DNA of 64,000 nt from Amphiscolops sp. MND2022 (Eukaryota): the NCBI GenBank assembly GCA_964187785.1, contig OZ076409.1, positions 52,330,001 through 52,394,000 on the forward strand, in the 5' to 3' direction. This document shows, one piece after another, positions 38,971 to 52,283 of this stretch. Position 1 is the first letter of the stretch. Every line of letters starts with the position of its first letter. Position numbers and translations under genes: made by a program. The notes under the pieces are model-generated. The model searched no databases. It saw only the letters and a list, made by a program, of their open reading frames with translations, and was not told where the DNA came from.

Positions 38971-39428
38971 CATCTTGCATTGTAAGATTTTTCCGGTGAA
39001 AGTTGTCCTGATGCTTTTTATGCTAGAAAATGGAGCTTTTATACTTCTGTAGCCCGTACACACATTTGCTGTATCAAAAGGTTTTGACTTAAACCCAGGA
39101 TTTTCGAGGTCACAGTTTACACACTGGTTAAGCAATGAGAGTGATTCTACCACGCTATGTTTCGAAACGAAGTGTAAATTCGATTGAGAGCATTTCCTCA
39201 ACGACAGGATTTTGGCTGTTAAACTCTACAAGCTGTTAACCCCAAGTTCATTTTGTTACACGCTTTTAACATGGAAAATAATAATAATATATTTTTGGAA
39301 CTTTTCCGTTGTTTTCACAAGAAAATGACAATCACTATTTCCTACGCATTTTCTAGTCTGAGAACGACAAGAGAACGGATAGTGCTTCCACGCTAAAGAT
39401 GAGTTTACCGAAAACTTTTCTGTTTCAG

Positions 39429-39525
39429 GCCTTACTTCGCATATCTGGTTGAAGTGCAGTCACTCGAAATTAAAACGTTTCCGGCTTTGATCACTATATC
39501 TGACACAAATATGACGACAATTCAG
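39429..39525 (+). CDS. Exon 3 of the LTD-like repeat gene
   Basis: Acceptor ttttctgtttcag and donor CAG|GTTAGT. The 97-nt length bridges phase 2 to phase 0 exactly, giving the open frame (R)PYFAYLVEVQSLEIKTFPALITISDTNMTTIQ. Confidence 0.72.
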
Positions 39526-39595
39526 GTTAGTGGAAAATTTTTCGATTGTTTTTCTTTTCACCACGTGAACTCTTAAAAATTCCTTCAACTTTTTT

Positions 39596-39826
39596 CCCAG
39601 TGTAAAATATCTTGAATCTCTTGACAAGAATCTTGCAAATTCTTGGAACCCTTGGTAAGAATCTTGGCAAGATTCGTACCAAGAGCGCCAAGAATATGTA
39701 CGATCTTGCATGATCTTGCCAAGAACTTCAAGAAAAATGCCAAATTTTTTCGACTGAAAAAACGCACAAAAAGTTCAACTTTTTATCCAAGATCTTGGCA
39801 AGATTTCCAAGATATTTTACACTGAG
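39596..39826. mobile_element. MITE-like element
   Basis: TIRs cccagtgtaaaatatcttg / caagatattttacactgag; internal caaga(a)tcttg motifs as in 62100-62907. Confidence 0.7.
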
Positions 39827-39938
39827 TTGACTCGCAACACTGTGTGCCACGACTCGAGATACACATGGGTAACAAAAAAGCTGAAGACACAATTTTGCAC
39901 ACAAAAAGATTCGAAACGTAATGAATTTTTACACCTTT

Positions 39939-42900
39939 TGTTGTATCTCTATTATACTTGCAGATGAGAGAATTCAGTTTGTTTAGATTCAACTAGCTTT
40001 TCACACTCTTTTTTGTAGCATTGAGTATTTAGCTTCAACTGCACTTATATGGCATGGCAGGTACTTTAAATTAATAATATAAAGAAGTACAAATAGAAAG
40101 CAGACTAATTAGTTTCTACAGTCTAAGCAAGTTCGGCTGTCCTCTACATTCCCCCTTCAAATATTGGCTGATGATCTGCCAAGGGGGCGTTCTGCTTTCT
40201 GTTGTGGCGGTTGTTCCTCCACTAGACCGATGTTTGGTGTGCGGTTGTTCCTCCACTAGACCGATGTTTGGTGTGCGGTTGACTGCTCTTGGCTGTTGTG
40301 TGTGTTACGGTGGTTAACTGCCCGTAACGTCTGGATTTTGTCTTGTGACTGGTTTAGAGGTTGCTGCCTTCCCCTCCTGTCCATCATCCAGTTGATTCGG
40401 TGTGGCGCCCGAATTCAGCCTTTCTACGGTATGACCTGTAATCATGACAAATTAGGTTATTATATCTAACAATAGGATCTGACATTATGTCAGTCTTTTT
40501 GATCTGCTTATAAGTTCTTTTTCTTCGGTTTCGATTTCAGTGCTTGAACTCAAGTTACTTGCTAAGTCTAGTTCAGAGTTTTCCAGGTTATCTTCTTGTG
40601 TGTTCCGGTTCGGTTTATTATCAGTGAATACCTTACCGTACTCGTCCCGGATAAAAACTTCCTGGTCTGTGCTTTTAGCGTCTTCTATGGCACTGTCTAT
40701 TTTCGTGTCCGTCACATTTGTCGTTGTGATTGTCAGTGGGCCCGTGCTGTTTCCTGGTGTAGGGTTTTTGTTGGGGCTGGTTTGTGGAGATTTTGGGCTG
40801 GCTCGGTCTCTGATGAGTTTGGGTCTGCCTCTGCCGAAGGTGCTTTTCTTTGAAGCCGTATTGTCCGAAATCTCTGGCGTCTTTGGACTCACTATGTTCA
40901 TCAATGGCGCCTCTGAGTCGTCCTCGGATTCGATCACCATTGCCCGTTTTTGTTTGGATGGTGATCTGATAAATTGGCCGTCTGGTCCACGAGGGCCGAT
41001 TCCTCTGTTGTTGAGCTCCTGATTAAAATCAGCAATGGGTTTACTAATCAGTTTTTTATGTATTACTCTCCCATTGGGTGTAGTTACGGTATGGCTTGTG
41101 CCCGATTTTGCTAGTTGTGGTTTATCGGAATATGCACTTCCGAGTTTACTTCGTTGGTGTTTCTTTTCTAGAAATAAGAATGGATAGTTACTTACTCCCT
41201 TTGCGCTTTTCTTTGGCTTCATGGGCAGCTGGTCAGACACACCGCCAGCTCCACTGAAGGATTATACTTGTAAGGTATCTGGTTTGGCTGAAACGGAACG
41301 TTTTGTTAGCTTTTCTATTTCATCAAGGTTTAGTAAGTTACTTATCTCCGTGTTCGGTTGTTTTCTGCCATATTGGAGTTCAAAAGCAGATTGTTTTAAC
41401 CGCATGTGTGGCGTTCTTCTCATTACATATAGGGATATGTCCAGAGCTTTTCCAAATCGTTCTCCTGCCTTGACAATAGTTAGGAGATTTTCTTTCAAGG
41501 TTCTAACCCCCCGTTCTACCAAGCCGGTGGGCGTGTGTATATACGGCTTCCCGTATATTGACTTAATGTAGTGTTTTCTACAGAAATCTCTGAAAAAACG
41601 TCCCGTAAAAGCAGTGGTTTTGTCCGTTCTAATTGTTTTCGGTATCTCGTTTAATCCGATGTATTGTTCAAGAAATTTTACCGCCGCTTCACCGTCCGTA
41701 GATGTGCAGAAGCTCGCGACTGGCCACTTACTATACTTGTCCATGGACAATAAAATGTAAAATCGGCGGTTGCGTTCCGTGATTGGTCCGATAAAATCCA
41801 ATTGGGTTTCTTTGTGCGGATCACTTAATGGTGGGAGATTATTTGCTTCGGTACTTGGAATATTAGGCTTAATATTCTTACCGGACATGTTGCAGTAAAG
41901 TCATGATTCGCACTTCTTTTGTATCGCCTCGGTCATCCGTGGCCACCAGAATTGTCGTGCGGCAAGGGTCATTTTGTTGATGGCAGGATGGCCCTTGTGT
42001 AATTGGCTGATGACCGTTGTTCAGAGATTCTTTGGGACGATAATCTTGTCCTCGATGAAGCCCAAACGGAACCTGCTTGACAGTTTTCTCTTCTGCGTCT
42101 GGTACTCTTCTGGTATTAGCTCGTGTTGTTGGCGTTCCAGGCAGACTAGGGTCTTAAGTAGGGTCGGATCATTTGTGGTTTCCGTCATCAGCAGTTGCAG
42201 GTCTGTTGAAAAATTCTTCTCAGTCTCCCGTACGGTCTGCTCAAGGTCCCAGTTATTTTCGTCTTGTGCTGCTTTTCTTGGGGCATCTCGAATTTTGACT
42301 TAGTGGACGCTTTTTACCCCTACGTAGCCTGTCCAATTCCATGCGGGTACTTCCAGAGTAGACGGATCTTGATCCATCCCTGAATCGATTTCGCCTTCTT
42401 CCATTGGTACGGGAGCGAACTGTTGGCTTGTGCTTGTTGTAGCTGACGATGGTCCGGGTGTGTTCAATTGTTGTTGGGCCGGTGTCGGTCGATCCACTTT
42501 CTTCAAGAAGGGGTCTACGGTCTATTGCTCTGACCGTCTCGTTTGGGGTTGAAAGCCTCCGTTGTGTTTTGGACCGATTCTCTGCCGTAAATCTCCTTGT
42601 TCCAAGCCCCGCATTATTTCTTGTAGTCTTTCCTCAGTTACTTTTTGTTCAATTCGCATGAATTTTGGTTCGTGGTATTTCTTCAACTTTCTCCCGGTTA
42701 GTGTAAAAATTCGGTGTTTATTTGCATTTATTGTAAAAGTAATAATTGTGTTGAAACCGTTGTATTAGTTCAGTGGTTTCGACCGATGAATCGATGGCTG
42801 CAATGTTGTGAATGGTTCTAGCCTCCATGTTAATTTTGGTGCTATTGTTGAGTTTTAAATCGTGAGAGTTGCTGGTACGTGTTAACGCTGTGTTGTTAAG

Positions 42901-45900
42901 GCAATCATTGGCGATTTGTTCACTTGTTCCTTTTGACCTTGACTTTTTGTTTGTTTTGTGCTCGCTTTCGTCCTTTCCGCCTTCTGATTGGTCAATAGGG
43001 TTGCTAGGGTAACCGTGTTTGGAGATGAACTTGTAGTGCGGTAAGATGTTGTTGATGACGTATTCTTCGTCGTATGCGTCGTCCGTTTCTACTCAAGTGA
43101 TCCGTGAGCGCTGAATGTTTGCCTGCGATACGGTTTACGTTAATCGTTAAATGTGCTAATCGGTCGAGCCACTTTGTCCATTGCGCGCTGCACGTTTTAC
43201 TGGATCGATTTCGTTTGACGTTTGATTAGCGGTTCTAATGATTGGTGGTCCGTGAATAACTTGATCGGTTTACCGTATATTTATGTATTCTAGTTCGTTA
43301 GTCGCATATTTTTTTCGGTGTCCGATAGAAATCGGCTTGCCATACCGATTGGCTTTAATTGCCCATCTATCTGTTCTTGCTACAGTGTCGCACCGAAACC
43401 TTTCGTGCTGGCGTTGGTTGTTATAAGATTTGGATAGTTAGAATTATAGTGAGACATATACGGTATTTCCGTGATCTTTTGTTTGAGGTTTTCGAGTGCT
43501 TGTGTGTGTTCTTCCGTCCATATCCATTCAGTATCTTTCTTCAAAAGTTGTCTCAGGCTATCACTTTGTGCTGATAAATTTTCGATGTATTTGGACAGAT
43601 ACTGGTTGGCTCCAGAAAAGATTTTAGTTCTTTCTCGTTGTTGGGTTGTTTCAATTATTTTATTGCCATTAGCTTGTCTTGCAATAGTCTGATTCCACTT
43701 TGGTCAATCTTTTGACCAATCCATTCAATCTGCATTTTTGGATTTATTTTCCGGTCGCTGAGTCTGTATCCGGCGTTTTCTAGTCGGGTTAGAACATCAA
43801 CTAGTTCCTTTTTGTGTTGTTCTTTTGAACCTTTGGTTACGACTAATATGTCATTCAGCCATGCTGGGTGTTTGTTCTCCAATGTCAGGTCAATTTTCTC
43901 CTAAAAGATTGTCGCTATATCCGACAACCCGTAAAATTATTTCAGGAAACGGTAGTAACCGGTAAAGTTTCCACCGGTTACGGCAAATATGCATTAGTTT
44001 CGCGCTTCTGTGGATAATAACAGATGGCCGTACGTATAATCCAGGTCGAACTGTTAAATCCAAATCTCGTCTACCGGTCCGTCCGTCCGGAAATTAGTTC
44101 CTCCATGTTCGGCATTGGTGCCTTTCTCTTTATGGTGATTTCGTTCAGTTTTTGCGAATCCAAGGCAATTTTTACCGATTTGTCCTTTTTTACGGTGATT
44201 ACAGCCGGGCTGACAAAACAGTTTTCAAACCGATTGTTGTAGATTGATTAGTATCGGTCTACCTTTTTGCTGTATCAATCTCGCATTCTCTTTCAGTAGT
44301 ATTTTTACTTCCAATCCGTTCACAGTAAGGTTTTCGTGGAAAAGTTTTTTTCCAATTTTCCTTTTAGAGTTGTTATGTCCGGGTCTTGTGACATGGTTTA
44401 TTTTGGGACCGGTTTTACCGGTGTCCAGCGTTATTCCCAATTTTTCCATCCTTACACATATCCTAGCGAAGGATTGGTTTTCTTTGTGGTTACCAGAAAT
44501 TCTAGGTTGTTTCGTTTTCCGTCTTTTTCCACAGTTGCGGTTCTTTTTCCTTCAAATCTAATCTGGTTATCATTTACATCTCTGTATTCGGTTTCAAGCT
44601 GTTTCAGTGGTGTTATTCTATTGAATTGTGAATGTGAATTTGGTATTAAAGTTACCAGTATTTCCACTGTCTATTATAAACTTGATTGGTCGGATATTAA
44701 CCAATGCGGTAAGAGTGAAGAAATCCGGACCACCTTTCCTCATTTGGCGTGTTGAATGGATCTTCTGATTAACGCAATCGATTTTGTTCGGTGACCAGTC
44801 ATCTTCTTCCGCACTGCTTGTTTCATGTTCTTTTATGCGGTTTCTCTTTTGTTTGTTCTGCAGCATTTCGCGTAGTGGCCAATTTTTTCGCATTTTGCAC
44901 ATTTTTTCCCTCTTGCCGGGCATTCTTGCTGCCTGGACCAGTTCGGTGCTCTGCATCTGTTACAATCCAGCTTTTTGAATTTTGTCGGTTTATCCGTTGG
45001 TTTTTTGGTGCTTTTTGCCTGTCTTTTATTGAGGTGTCGAATTTTCTTCTCGTTTTCGGTTTCTGGTGAGTCGTTCGGATTTTCGTACATGTGTTCATGT
45101 AATGCTTCGGTAATTGCCTCCACCGACAAATTGCTTTTTCTGATTTTGTTCTTGAGGTCCTAGTCGCCTGTAGGTTTACCGATTACGGATAAAAACGTTG
45201 ATGCCAAGAGTTCCGCAGCGGTTATTGTTTCAATTTCGCAATTTCTTTCGATTGCCAATAATTGTGTCCAGACATCTGCCGCAGATTCTCCTTCTTCTCG
45301 TTTCAGTTCGAAAAAATCGGCTCTACTATGGTTGACGTTTCTTTCCGGGGCAAGTGTAACTGGCATAGTGTGTATAGTTTGTGTAACGGTAGTGAGCTTG
45401 GTTCTCTCTCTCTTTAACCGTTTTGGTCATTTACGTGATAGCGTTTTGTCCAATTGCCCACAGAAATATGTCTTTTATCTCTGCTTCTGATTGATCACGG
45501 TTTTGTGGCAGTATCTTTTTGCTGTTTGTCATTGTTGATAAATCTGGGTCTTTTGTCATCTTTATGTACAGTACAAACCTCCGCCACCACCTGTTTTCAT
45601 TGGTGTAGTCTTGCTTTTCCAATGTCGGAATGGTGGGTTTCTGCGTGCAAGTCCGTTCCGTGCTTCTGTTCATCGTCTCGTTTGGTAGCGATTGTTCGTC
45701 TAGATGCGATTCCGTCGACGTCGTGTTGATGCCTTCATTTCTTGCGGTGGCGTTTGTACTGTGGTCCATTGTATTTTGCAGTAATCTTCGGTAACTATTT
45801 TAGGTTACTCTGGCTGCGCCATGTTGTATCTCTATTGTACTTGCAAAAAAGAGATATCAGTTTGTTAAGATTCAACTAGCTTTTCACATTCTTTTTTGTA

Positions 45901-46032
45901 GCATTGAGTATTTAGCTTCATCTGCACTTATATGGCAGGGCAGGTAACTTTAAATTAATATTATAAATAAGTACAAAAAGAAAGCAGTTTAATTAGTTTC
46001 GACAGTCTAAGTAAGTTCGGCTGTCCTCTACA
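39939..46032 (-). mobile_element. Full-length but decayed Ty3/Gypsy (Mag-like) element in intron 3
   Basis: LTRs at 39939-40148 and 45822-46032 (~210 bp, TG..CA). PBS TGGCGCAGCCA (tRNA-Ser-type) and PPT tttgaagggggaa. Gag double knuckle (CNRC...CPARGKKCAKCEKIGHYAKCC), protease IIDSG, RT PAWLNDILVV, integrase LDFIGP/IRTD/GLVERG. The TSD is degenerate (ccttt / cctac). Confidence 0.95.
40207..40281. repeat. 34-bp tandem duplication in the 3' region of the element
   Basis: gcggttgttcctccactagaccgatgtttggtgt x2 plus gcggttg. Confidence 0.9.
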
Positions 46033-46626
46033 CCTACAATTGACAAAAAAGTCCTAGTAGCAAAACTTTCTCAACTTCGCTAAGAATTACTCGGATACTT
46101 TTTGTTTACAAAAATTCTTCTTTTGACCAGTAGTTTTTGAAATATTGCGTAATAAAGTTCGAAAATTGCAAAGTTCCTCGAAATATAATGCGATATAAAT
46201 TATAGTTATATAATTACAAATATAAATCTCGAAACTTTTTTTGTCAAATGCATTTCATAAGAAAAACGTTTTCAAAGATTTTGCCTGTGATATTAGCCGT
46301 TTTTGAATTTTGGATATCATAGTGTATAATTCTTATTACAGCAAATAGAACCCTATGTTTTGCTTTTCAAACAATACACGTTTGATAAAGATTTTTACAA
46401 TTTTTCGTAACTTGGTAAACTTTAATTAGTTTCCATTTTGTTCATTTTTTGACAAATTCAATGAAAGTGAAACATCAATGTCTTGGTTTGACTTTTTAGC
46501 GTTGTTTAATTTATTCAGTTGAGAAGGTAAAAGTTTCTGCATTTCGAAGCTGTGACAAATTCTTTTTTTTTAAAATTAAGGGTTTTATAGGAAGCTTTAT
46601 AATTTCATTTGTTTTAATTGTTACAG

Positions 46627-46843
46627 ATGGCGCATTCTGATTGGATGCCTTCACAAGGACCTCTTCTGATAGCTTTAACCCGAGTTCCGCAGGACCGAAA
46701 TTGTTGGAACCCCCATCCTGAAGTAGATTTGTTCTCTGACAAATTGTTCGATGCATTAGTTGTTGGCCAATTAAAGCGGAGTACTGGACATTTGTTGAAA
46801 AGAGTAGGCCTTCCCTTCTACATAGATACATCACAAATGACAG
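46627..46843 (+). CDS. Exon 4 of the LTD-like repeat gene
   Basis: Acceptor tttaattgttacag, phase 0. Encodes MAHSDWMPSQGPLLIAL...LFDALVVG...QMT. Donor CAG|GTTTGG, phase 1. Confidence 0.78.
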
Positions 46844-47178
46844 GTTTGGGCTTTTTTGAGATAAAATCGGCATTATATAGCTATCATTTTTAATAGTAGT
46901 TGCATGTAAAATGATAGGCTAATTTATTCAAATTAATTGAAAATTATTTATTTCGCAAATTCATTCAAACGAGGAAAACAAATTCGATTAAAATCAGAAA
47001 AATATCAAAATCAAACTTGTTCCTCCTTTTTTGAATTGGTATGATAGTAAAACAAAAACGATCGTAAGAAAACAGTATTAACGTGCCTGAGGCTCGAATA
47101 TTACTCCTTTTTTACAACGACAAGAATGTCTCGACGACAAATCTGACTTTTAAAATGACATTTCGGGAAACTAAAGTC

Positions 47179-47290
47179 AGTCACTAGTAACTATAGTTAC
47201 TAGTGACTTGTATGATGCTATGGGCTCTTTGAAGCCAGCTAGCTCATATATGTAATTGCCAGCTTCAAAGAGCCCATAGCATCCTACAAG
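47179..47290. repeat. Two adjacent hairpins: a perfect 30-bp palindrome and a 29-bp stem with a 26-nt loop
   Basis: agtcactagtaacta|tagttactagtgact (47179-47208); 47207-47235 pairs with 47262-47290 with one mismatch. Confidence 0.9.
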
Positions 47291-50200
47291 CACATTGAAA
47301 GAGCCCACTTGCTCTTACAAGTTCTTAAGAAACCAGGCAGCTCTGTGAGGTTGAAGTTGTAAGACCACGATTGAGCTATAATGCGTTATTTTGAAATTGC
47401 GCTGCACTGACGTTGCCAATGTACAATAGAGTGATTTGTTTTACGCTCACTTGTTATTAAAAACAGTTTCAACCGATGGTTTTTTTGCGAAATGCACGAC
47501 ACCAGCACAGATTTGGAAGGTAAAGTTTCTCACAAATTGTTCCAGAGCACAATGTTTTTCCTTTTCTTGGAGTTTCAGGATCAAATTTACCGTAGATGAT
47601 AATTATGGTATTCAGAACAGAACTTTCAGATGTTTGAATATATCTACAGAATAAACCAAAAAAGTTTCCAAAGGAGCGAAAGGATCTACCATTGATAAAT
47701 TTGAAGCACTTGACACTTGACGCTTATATATATTCGAGATCCAATTCATCTTTTAAAATTTGCATTTGAGGACAACTTCCTGGTTAATACTAAAAAATTT
47801 TGAGCTTCTAATATGAGTAGAAATCAATGTTTCTTGAACTGTTGCTTCAATACTTTATACTCAACGTTATTACATCTGAGGCAAGTGTATTTGATTTGAA
47901 TGTCAATAGAAACAAACTGAACAACCTCCAAGAAGCTCAGAAAGTTTGAGTAGACTAAATAGATTTTTTGTCACTGGAAGAAATGTAAAAATATCAGACT
48001 AGATTTACTTAAAAGCGGTATTATGAACCACAGTCAAGACCTACTCAATTTAGCTTTGCGAGTTGCCAGTGTCTGTATATTTCGCCGAACTGATTTTTGA
48101 TAAACTTAAAAGAAAGGGCTTTGGAGTTCTGGGAAACTCCTAGGAGCGAAACAGCTGTTCCGCTAACTTCTTTACATGTTAAAAAATTCTCACTTCAACA
48201 TACTTTACTCGGAACTTTTTCAAACGACGAGTACAGAGTCTGAGTCTTTATCACTTGCTTGTGCTACATGTTGCATGTTCTTGCATGCTCTAAAGTAGTG
48301 TAAGTTTTATGCGAAACAACTGGAACTTTGTGAAACTTGATTTCCTAGAGACTATGATACAAAAATTGGCTACTTTGGAGCCCAAAAATTTTTCCATTAC
48401 CTTAAAATTTTTTCCGAGTTTAAAACTGTGCCTTGCTGTTCAAACAAGGCCTTTTTTGTTAGGGATCATTTCTGAGGAAATTGAAAAGACATCAGACTCA
48501 GTGGAGTTAATTTTCAAATTACGCGTTTAATGAGAAATTTTTTGGGAGAAGTTTGTCGAGAGACGACATATTTATTTCCCATATCATTTTTGAGACCATA
48601 TGCCAAGATATAAAAAGTATTTAAAGATACCAAAATGATGAGATCTATAAAGTGCCTAAAACGACCTAAGTGTTCCCTTTCGAGTTGTTATTTTCAGTCC
48701 ATATTTCAAATAGAAAGGAAAATATTTAATTCAGCTTGACGGTTTTCACACATATAATTCAACTGACGTAAACGTAGTTTCATGCGATATATATTTGCAG
48801 AGATTTTTGTCCTTTTTTAGAAACGTCCAACAACGAATGAAGTCGTTCTCCCGTTAGCGTTTTTAGGGAGATTAAATTCTGTTTCCTTGAAGAAAACTGC
48901 CACAAAACTTGAACCCAAAAAAGTCGAAAAAGTCCAAAATTTTCTTATTTTTGACTTTTTAAATGCAGTTTTCGTGAAATAATCGAGGAATTTGTAGATT
49001 AGAATTTTGAAACCGTTCAATAACAGTTGAATCCACTGTCCAGTAAGTTTTTTCAAGACATACATGCAGTTTTTTCATTAGTATGCTTAAATTCAGCCCC
49101 AAAAATGACAAAATTCTCAATTCCGGAAAGTTTTCGTAACTCAGAAAATTCAACAGGCTCATCATTGAAACACGTAGCTATCAGTACCCGTTTCAAAAAG
49201 GTATCAGACAAAATTGTTTGCAAAAACACTATAAAGTTTCTTTGAAAAGGTAAAAATATTTTTTCCACCCCTTCCATTCTTTCCTTTTTCAACGTAAAAT
49301 ACAAAACGTAACGAGACTAAAGGGTCCTCCTTTCAATTTTTCGGCACTTTGAGAGTAATTTTTGAAAACATTGTAACGTCCTCAAAGGGTCCCCTTCAAT
49401 GTTTTTGATATTTTGTTTGCAACAAAATGGATGTTAAAAACTCCCGAGGGGTCCCTCTTTTTACAATTTTCGGCACAAGGAGAATTTAAAATCTTATAAA
49501 AAAGAATTAAAAGAGAATTTAAAGAGAATATATTTCCACTGATATATTTTTTTATTTTCCGATACTATCCAATTTTTGACAAAGTAAATTGAGTTTCACT
49601 AAAAGGAGGTACAGTTTCGAATTTATTGCCCTTCATCCGAACTTTTAACGTTATATAGCATGCAATTCACGTTTTACTGAAGAGGAGGTGTAGGTTCTGA
49701 AAAAGCCCTCCCATTTGTTTCATCACGCTGTATCCGAACTTTTAACGTTATATCCTAAGTAAGTTGCGCTTCACTAATGATGTCACAGTCCGCTCCCGGA
49801 CTGGATTGCGGATGCAGGAGAGTTGGCTTTGGGCGTGGACATGGGTGCACCGCAAGACTCACGAAAAGGTATTTTGGCTATTAACTCAAACTCTAACTAA
49901 ATTTAAATAAACTGTGACTTGAAACGCAATAATACTTTTGCCTAGCAAAAATCCCAAATAAAACTAGTGAACGCGTTCTAGATTTTTATGCTCTCGCAAA
50001 ATTGAATAAAATAGTACCGGAAATGTAAAATACACGTTTACCGCGCGCAAATTTGAGCGGAAACGAAATAAGGAAGCAAAATAATCCAAAAATGATTTCA
50101 CGCATGTTTGGCTGGACGAGTCAACCACGACAAATGAAACATTCACAACCTGAAAATTAGAATAAAACTATCCCAGGAGTAAAGAGACCATAAGCTAATC

Positions 50201-50606
50201 TAAATGAAAATACATTTCATTCGAACCTAAAACAGGAAATTACAGTGAGACAACACACCGTGGTAGTTAAGCCTTTTCTTAGAAAGACAGCTTAATTACT
50301 CTTTTGAACAGCAATTAAAGTGATTTAGGACGTCAATACTGCGCTGAGTAAACAAAGCGGCGAAAGAAACAAGAGTACATGTATATTTGTCGTCAGTAAG
50401 ACGCAGACAAGTTTGAAGGCATACCAATTGACGTCACCGCCTCGCATGCGCATACCAGAAAATCATTCCAATTATCCGCCTATACTAATAGCATTGCTAG
50501 AAATCATTCCAATTTACCGCCACTGTGACGTCACTGCTCCGGTAGCTAGCGAGAGACTCATTTCTAAAATACTCGTCAGCATTGCGTCAAACTAGTCAAA
50601 ATCTCT

Positions 50607-50757
50607 ACTCTGCCAAGAAAACTCGTCAACATGACGTTGACAAGTTTATGAAATTCAACTCTGCCAAGAAAACCCGTCAACATGACGTTGACAAGTTTAT
50701 GGAATTCAACTCTGCCAAGAAAACTCGTCAACATGACGTTGACAAGTTTATGAAATT
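50607..50757 (+). repeat. Three tandem 51-bp repeats inside the solo LTR
   Basis: actctgccaagaaaac(t/c)cgtcaacatgacgttgacaagtttatg(a/g)aattca at 50607, 50658 and 50709; each contains the dyad GTCAAC-N5-GTTGAC. Confidence 0.95.
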
Positions 50758-51716
50758 GAATAAAGTGAATGAATTTGCTGAATTTAGTCAAGTTTTCATC
50801 GCGTAAAAGCCGTTATTTCTTTAGGAAGGAAATTTGCAGGCTGTTCCAAATTGTATAACGAATGTGTTGTTGATTTTCTATGGTTTAAGGTCTCAATTTA
50901 GAATGCGTTTTGACACATGTAAGATAATTTCAACCTCACGTTAAGTAACAATCATGTACTCTTAACAAGAAGGGAACTTCCGCGCATAAACCATCTTATT
51001 ACAAAATTCCACAGTAGATTAATTAGGAAGTCACAGTTTATTCTCTCCAACTAGAAGCTTATTATGTACCAGAAATGTATTTTTCATATATTTTGCATTT
51101 TTGTATTCTACAACATTGAGCGCTGTATTTGTGGCTGTGATCATGTTTTCTATATTAATCCATCCGTTGCTGTCCAGTTATTTACATTATGTTGGTGTTG
51201 TCATTTAACAAACGTTGCTGTTAATTTTATAAATCTTGTCGCATTTGACGCGACATGACAAAGTTGCTAACAAAGTATTATTTTCATATCGTGATTTCAT
51301 TCTCATCTCTATCAAAGGATTGAGCCCAAATTCATAAAATATCGTCCTAGCATCGTTTAAATATTCCTATTTTGGAATTAGTCATAGCATTTTTATCAAA
51401 GCGAAATTCAAAATCAGGTATTTTTTGTTCACGTCAGCGTCATCTCAGCGTCAATTTCCCGCGAACCAAAGCAGTAAAACAGGGAAGCATTTCCGGTTTG
51501 ACAGACTGAAGTAATATCTACTTCCTGCTTGGGAGGAAGCAAAAGGACGCCGAGATGAAATGATATGGTCAAATTTGATGACTAATACTAAATGAAGATC
51601 GTCGTGTCTCAAAAATTGACGAAATGTCGACGTAAAATTGGGAACAAAATGATTTTTTCATCGAAAATACAGGAAATGACTAATTGTTCAAGGAAAATTA
51701 GGGCTTTGTTCGTGAT

Positions 51717-51740
51717 CAAATGATGCTGGAAGGGTATAAA
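51717..51740 (+). promoter_or_regulatory. Putative LTR promoter / TATA motif
   Basis: CAAATGATGCTGGAAGGGTATAAA, conserved with 8759-8782 on the minus strand. Confidence 0.55.
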
Positions 51741-51886
51741 TATGATAGGATTTGATGATTAAGGGACTCAGTCTTTTGCAATTGTACAATTCAGTTGAAT
51801 TTGCAATTTCACTCTTGCCTTGTTCTACTTTGTCAGGAAAATCTTTGAAAGAAATTCAATTCTTCAAGATCAAACTTCTCTACAAA

Positions 51887-52283
51887 ATGTCAACAACAAG
51901 AAGCCAAAAAAGAAGGAACGATCAGCAAAGCACTAGTGAGAACGTGAGTGAAGGCTTGATTTCACCTATAGTAGTAGGAAATCCTTGTTCTTTGAATCAG
52001 GACGATGAAGTAGCGGGGCCTTCTAGACCTAAATCCCCCCGGATTGAGAAAAGTCTTCTTGAAAGCTTGAGAACTTCATTGAAGGAAGAAATCACGTCAG
52101 AGATTAAGAATCTTCTTATTGAATCTCAAAAGGAGATGTTGAAACTCCTTAAACCTGAAACAAGAGGGATTATTAGAGAAAATACCGAAGAAGAGGTAGA
52201 GGAGGAAACCAGAAGTTTCTATACTCCTACAAAATCAGTGAGAATAAGTTCTACACAAAACGACCCGATAGTATGTCGTAACA
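51887..52283 (+). CDS. LTR-encoded putative Gag N-terminus (MSTTRSQKRR...IVCRN, about 132 aa)
   Basis: Open frame from AAAATG to the LTR end; homologous to 8236-8614 on the minus strand. Confidence 0.6.

Larger units (their letters stand above)
49781..52283 (+). mobile_element. Long solo LTR (2,503 bp) containing the start of a Gag-like ORF
   Basis: TGTCACAGTCCGCTCCCGG...GTCGTAACA with a perfect TSD AATGA (49776-49780 and 52284-52288). Termini, promoter motif and ORF are homologous to 8236-10506. Confidence 0.88.

Noticed and set aside
39053..39187. Alternative exon 3 (PVHTFAVSKG...)
   Set aside because: Wrong phase for the exon 2 donor (stop codon in the required frame); 39429-39525 fits both neighbours.
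40540..45729. Plus-strand ORFs inside the minus-strand Gypsy element
   Set aside because: Antisense shadows of gag/pol with no independent motifs.
50607..50757. CRISPR-like array with palindromic repeats
   Set aside because: The units are contiguous with no unique spacers, there are no cas genes, and the context is a eukaryotic LTR.
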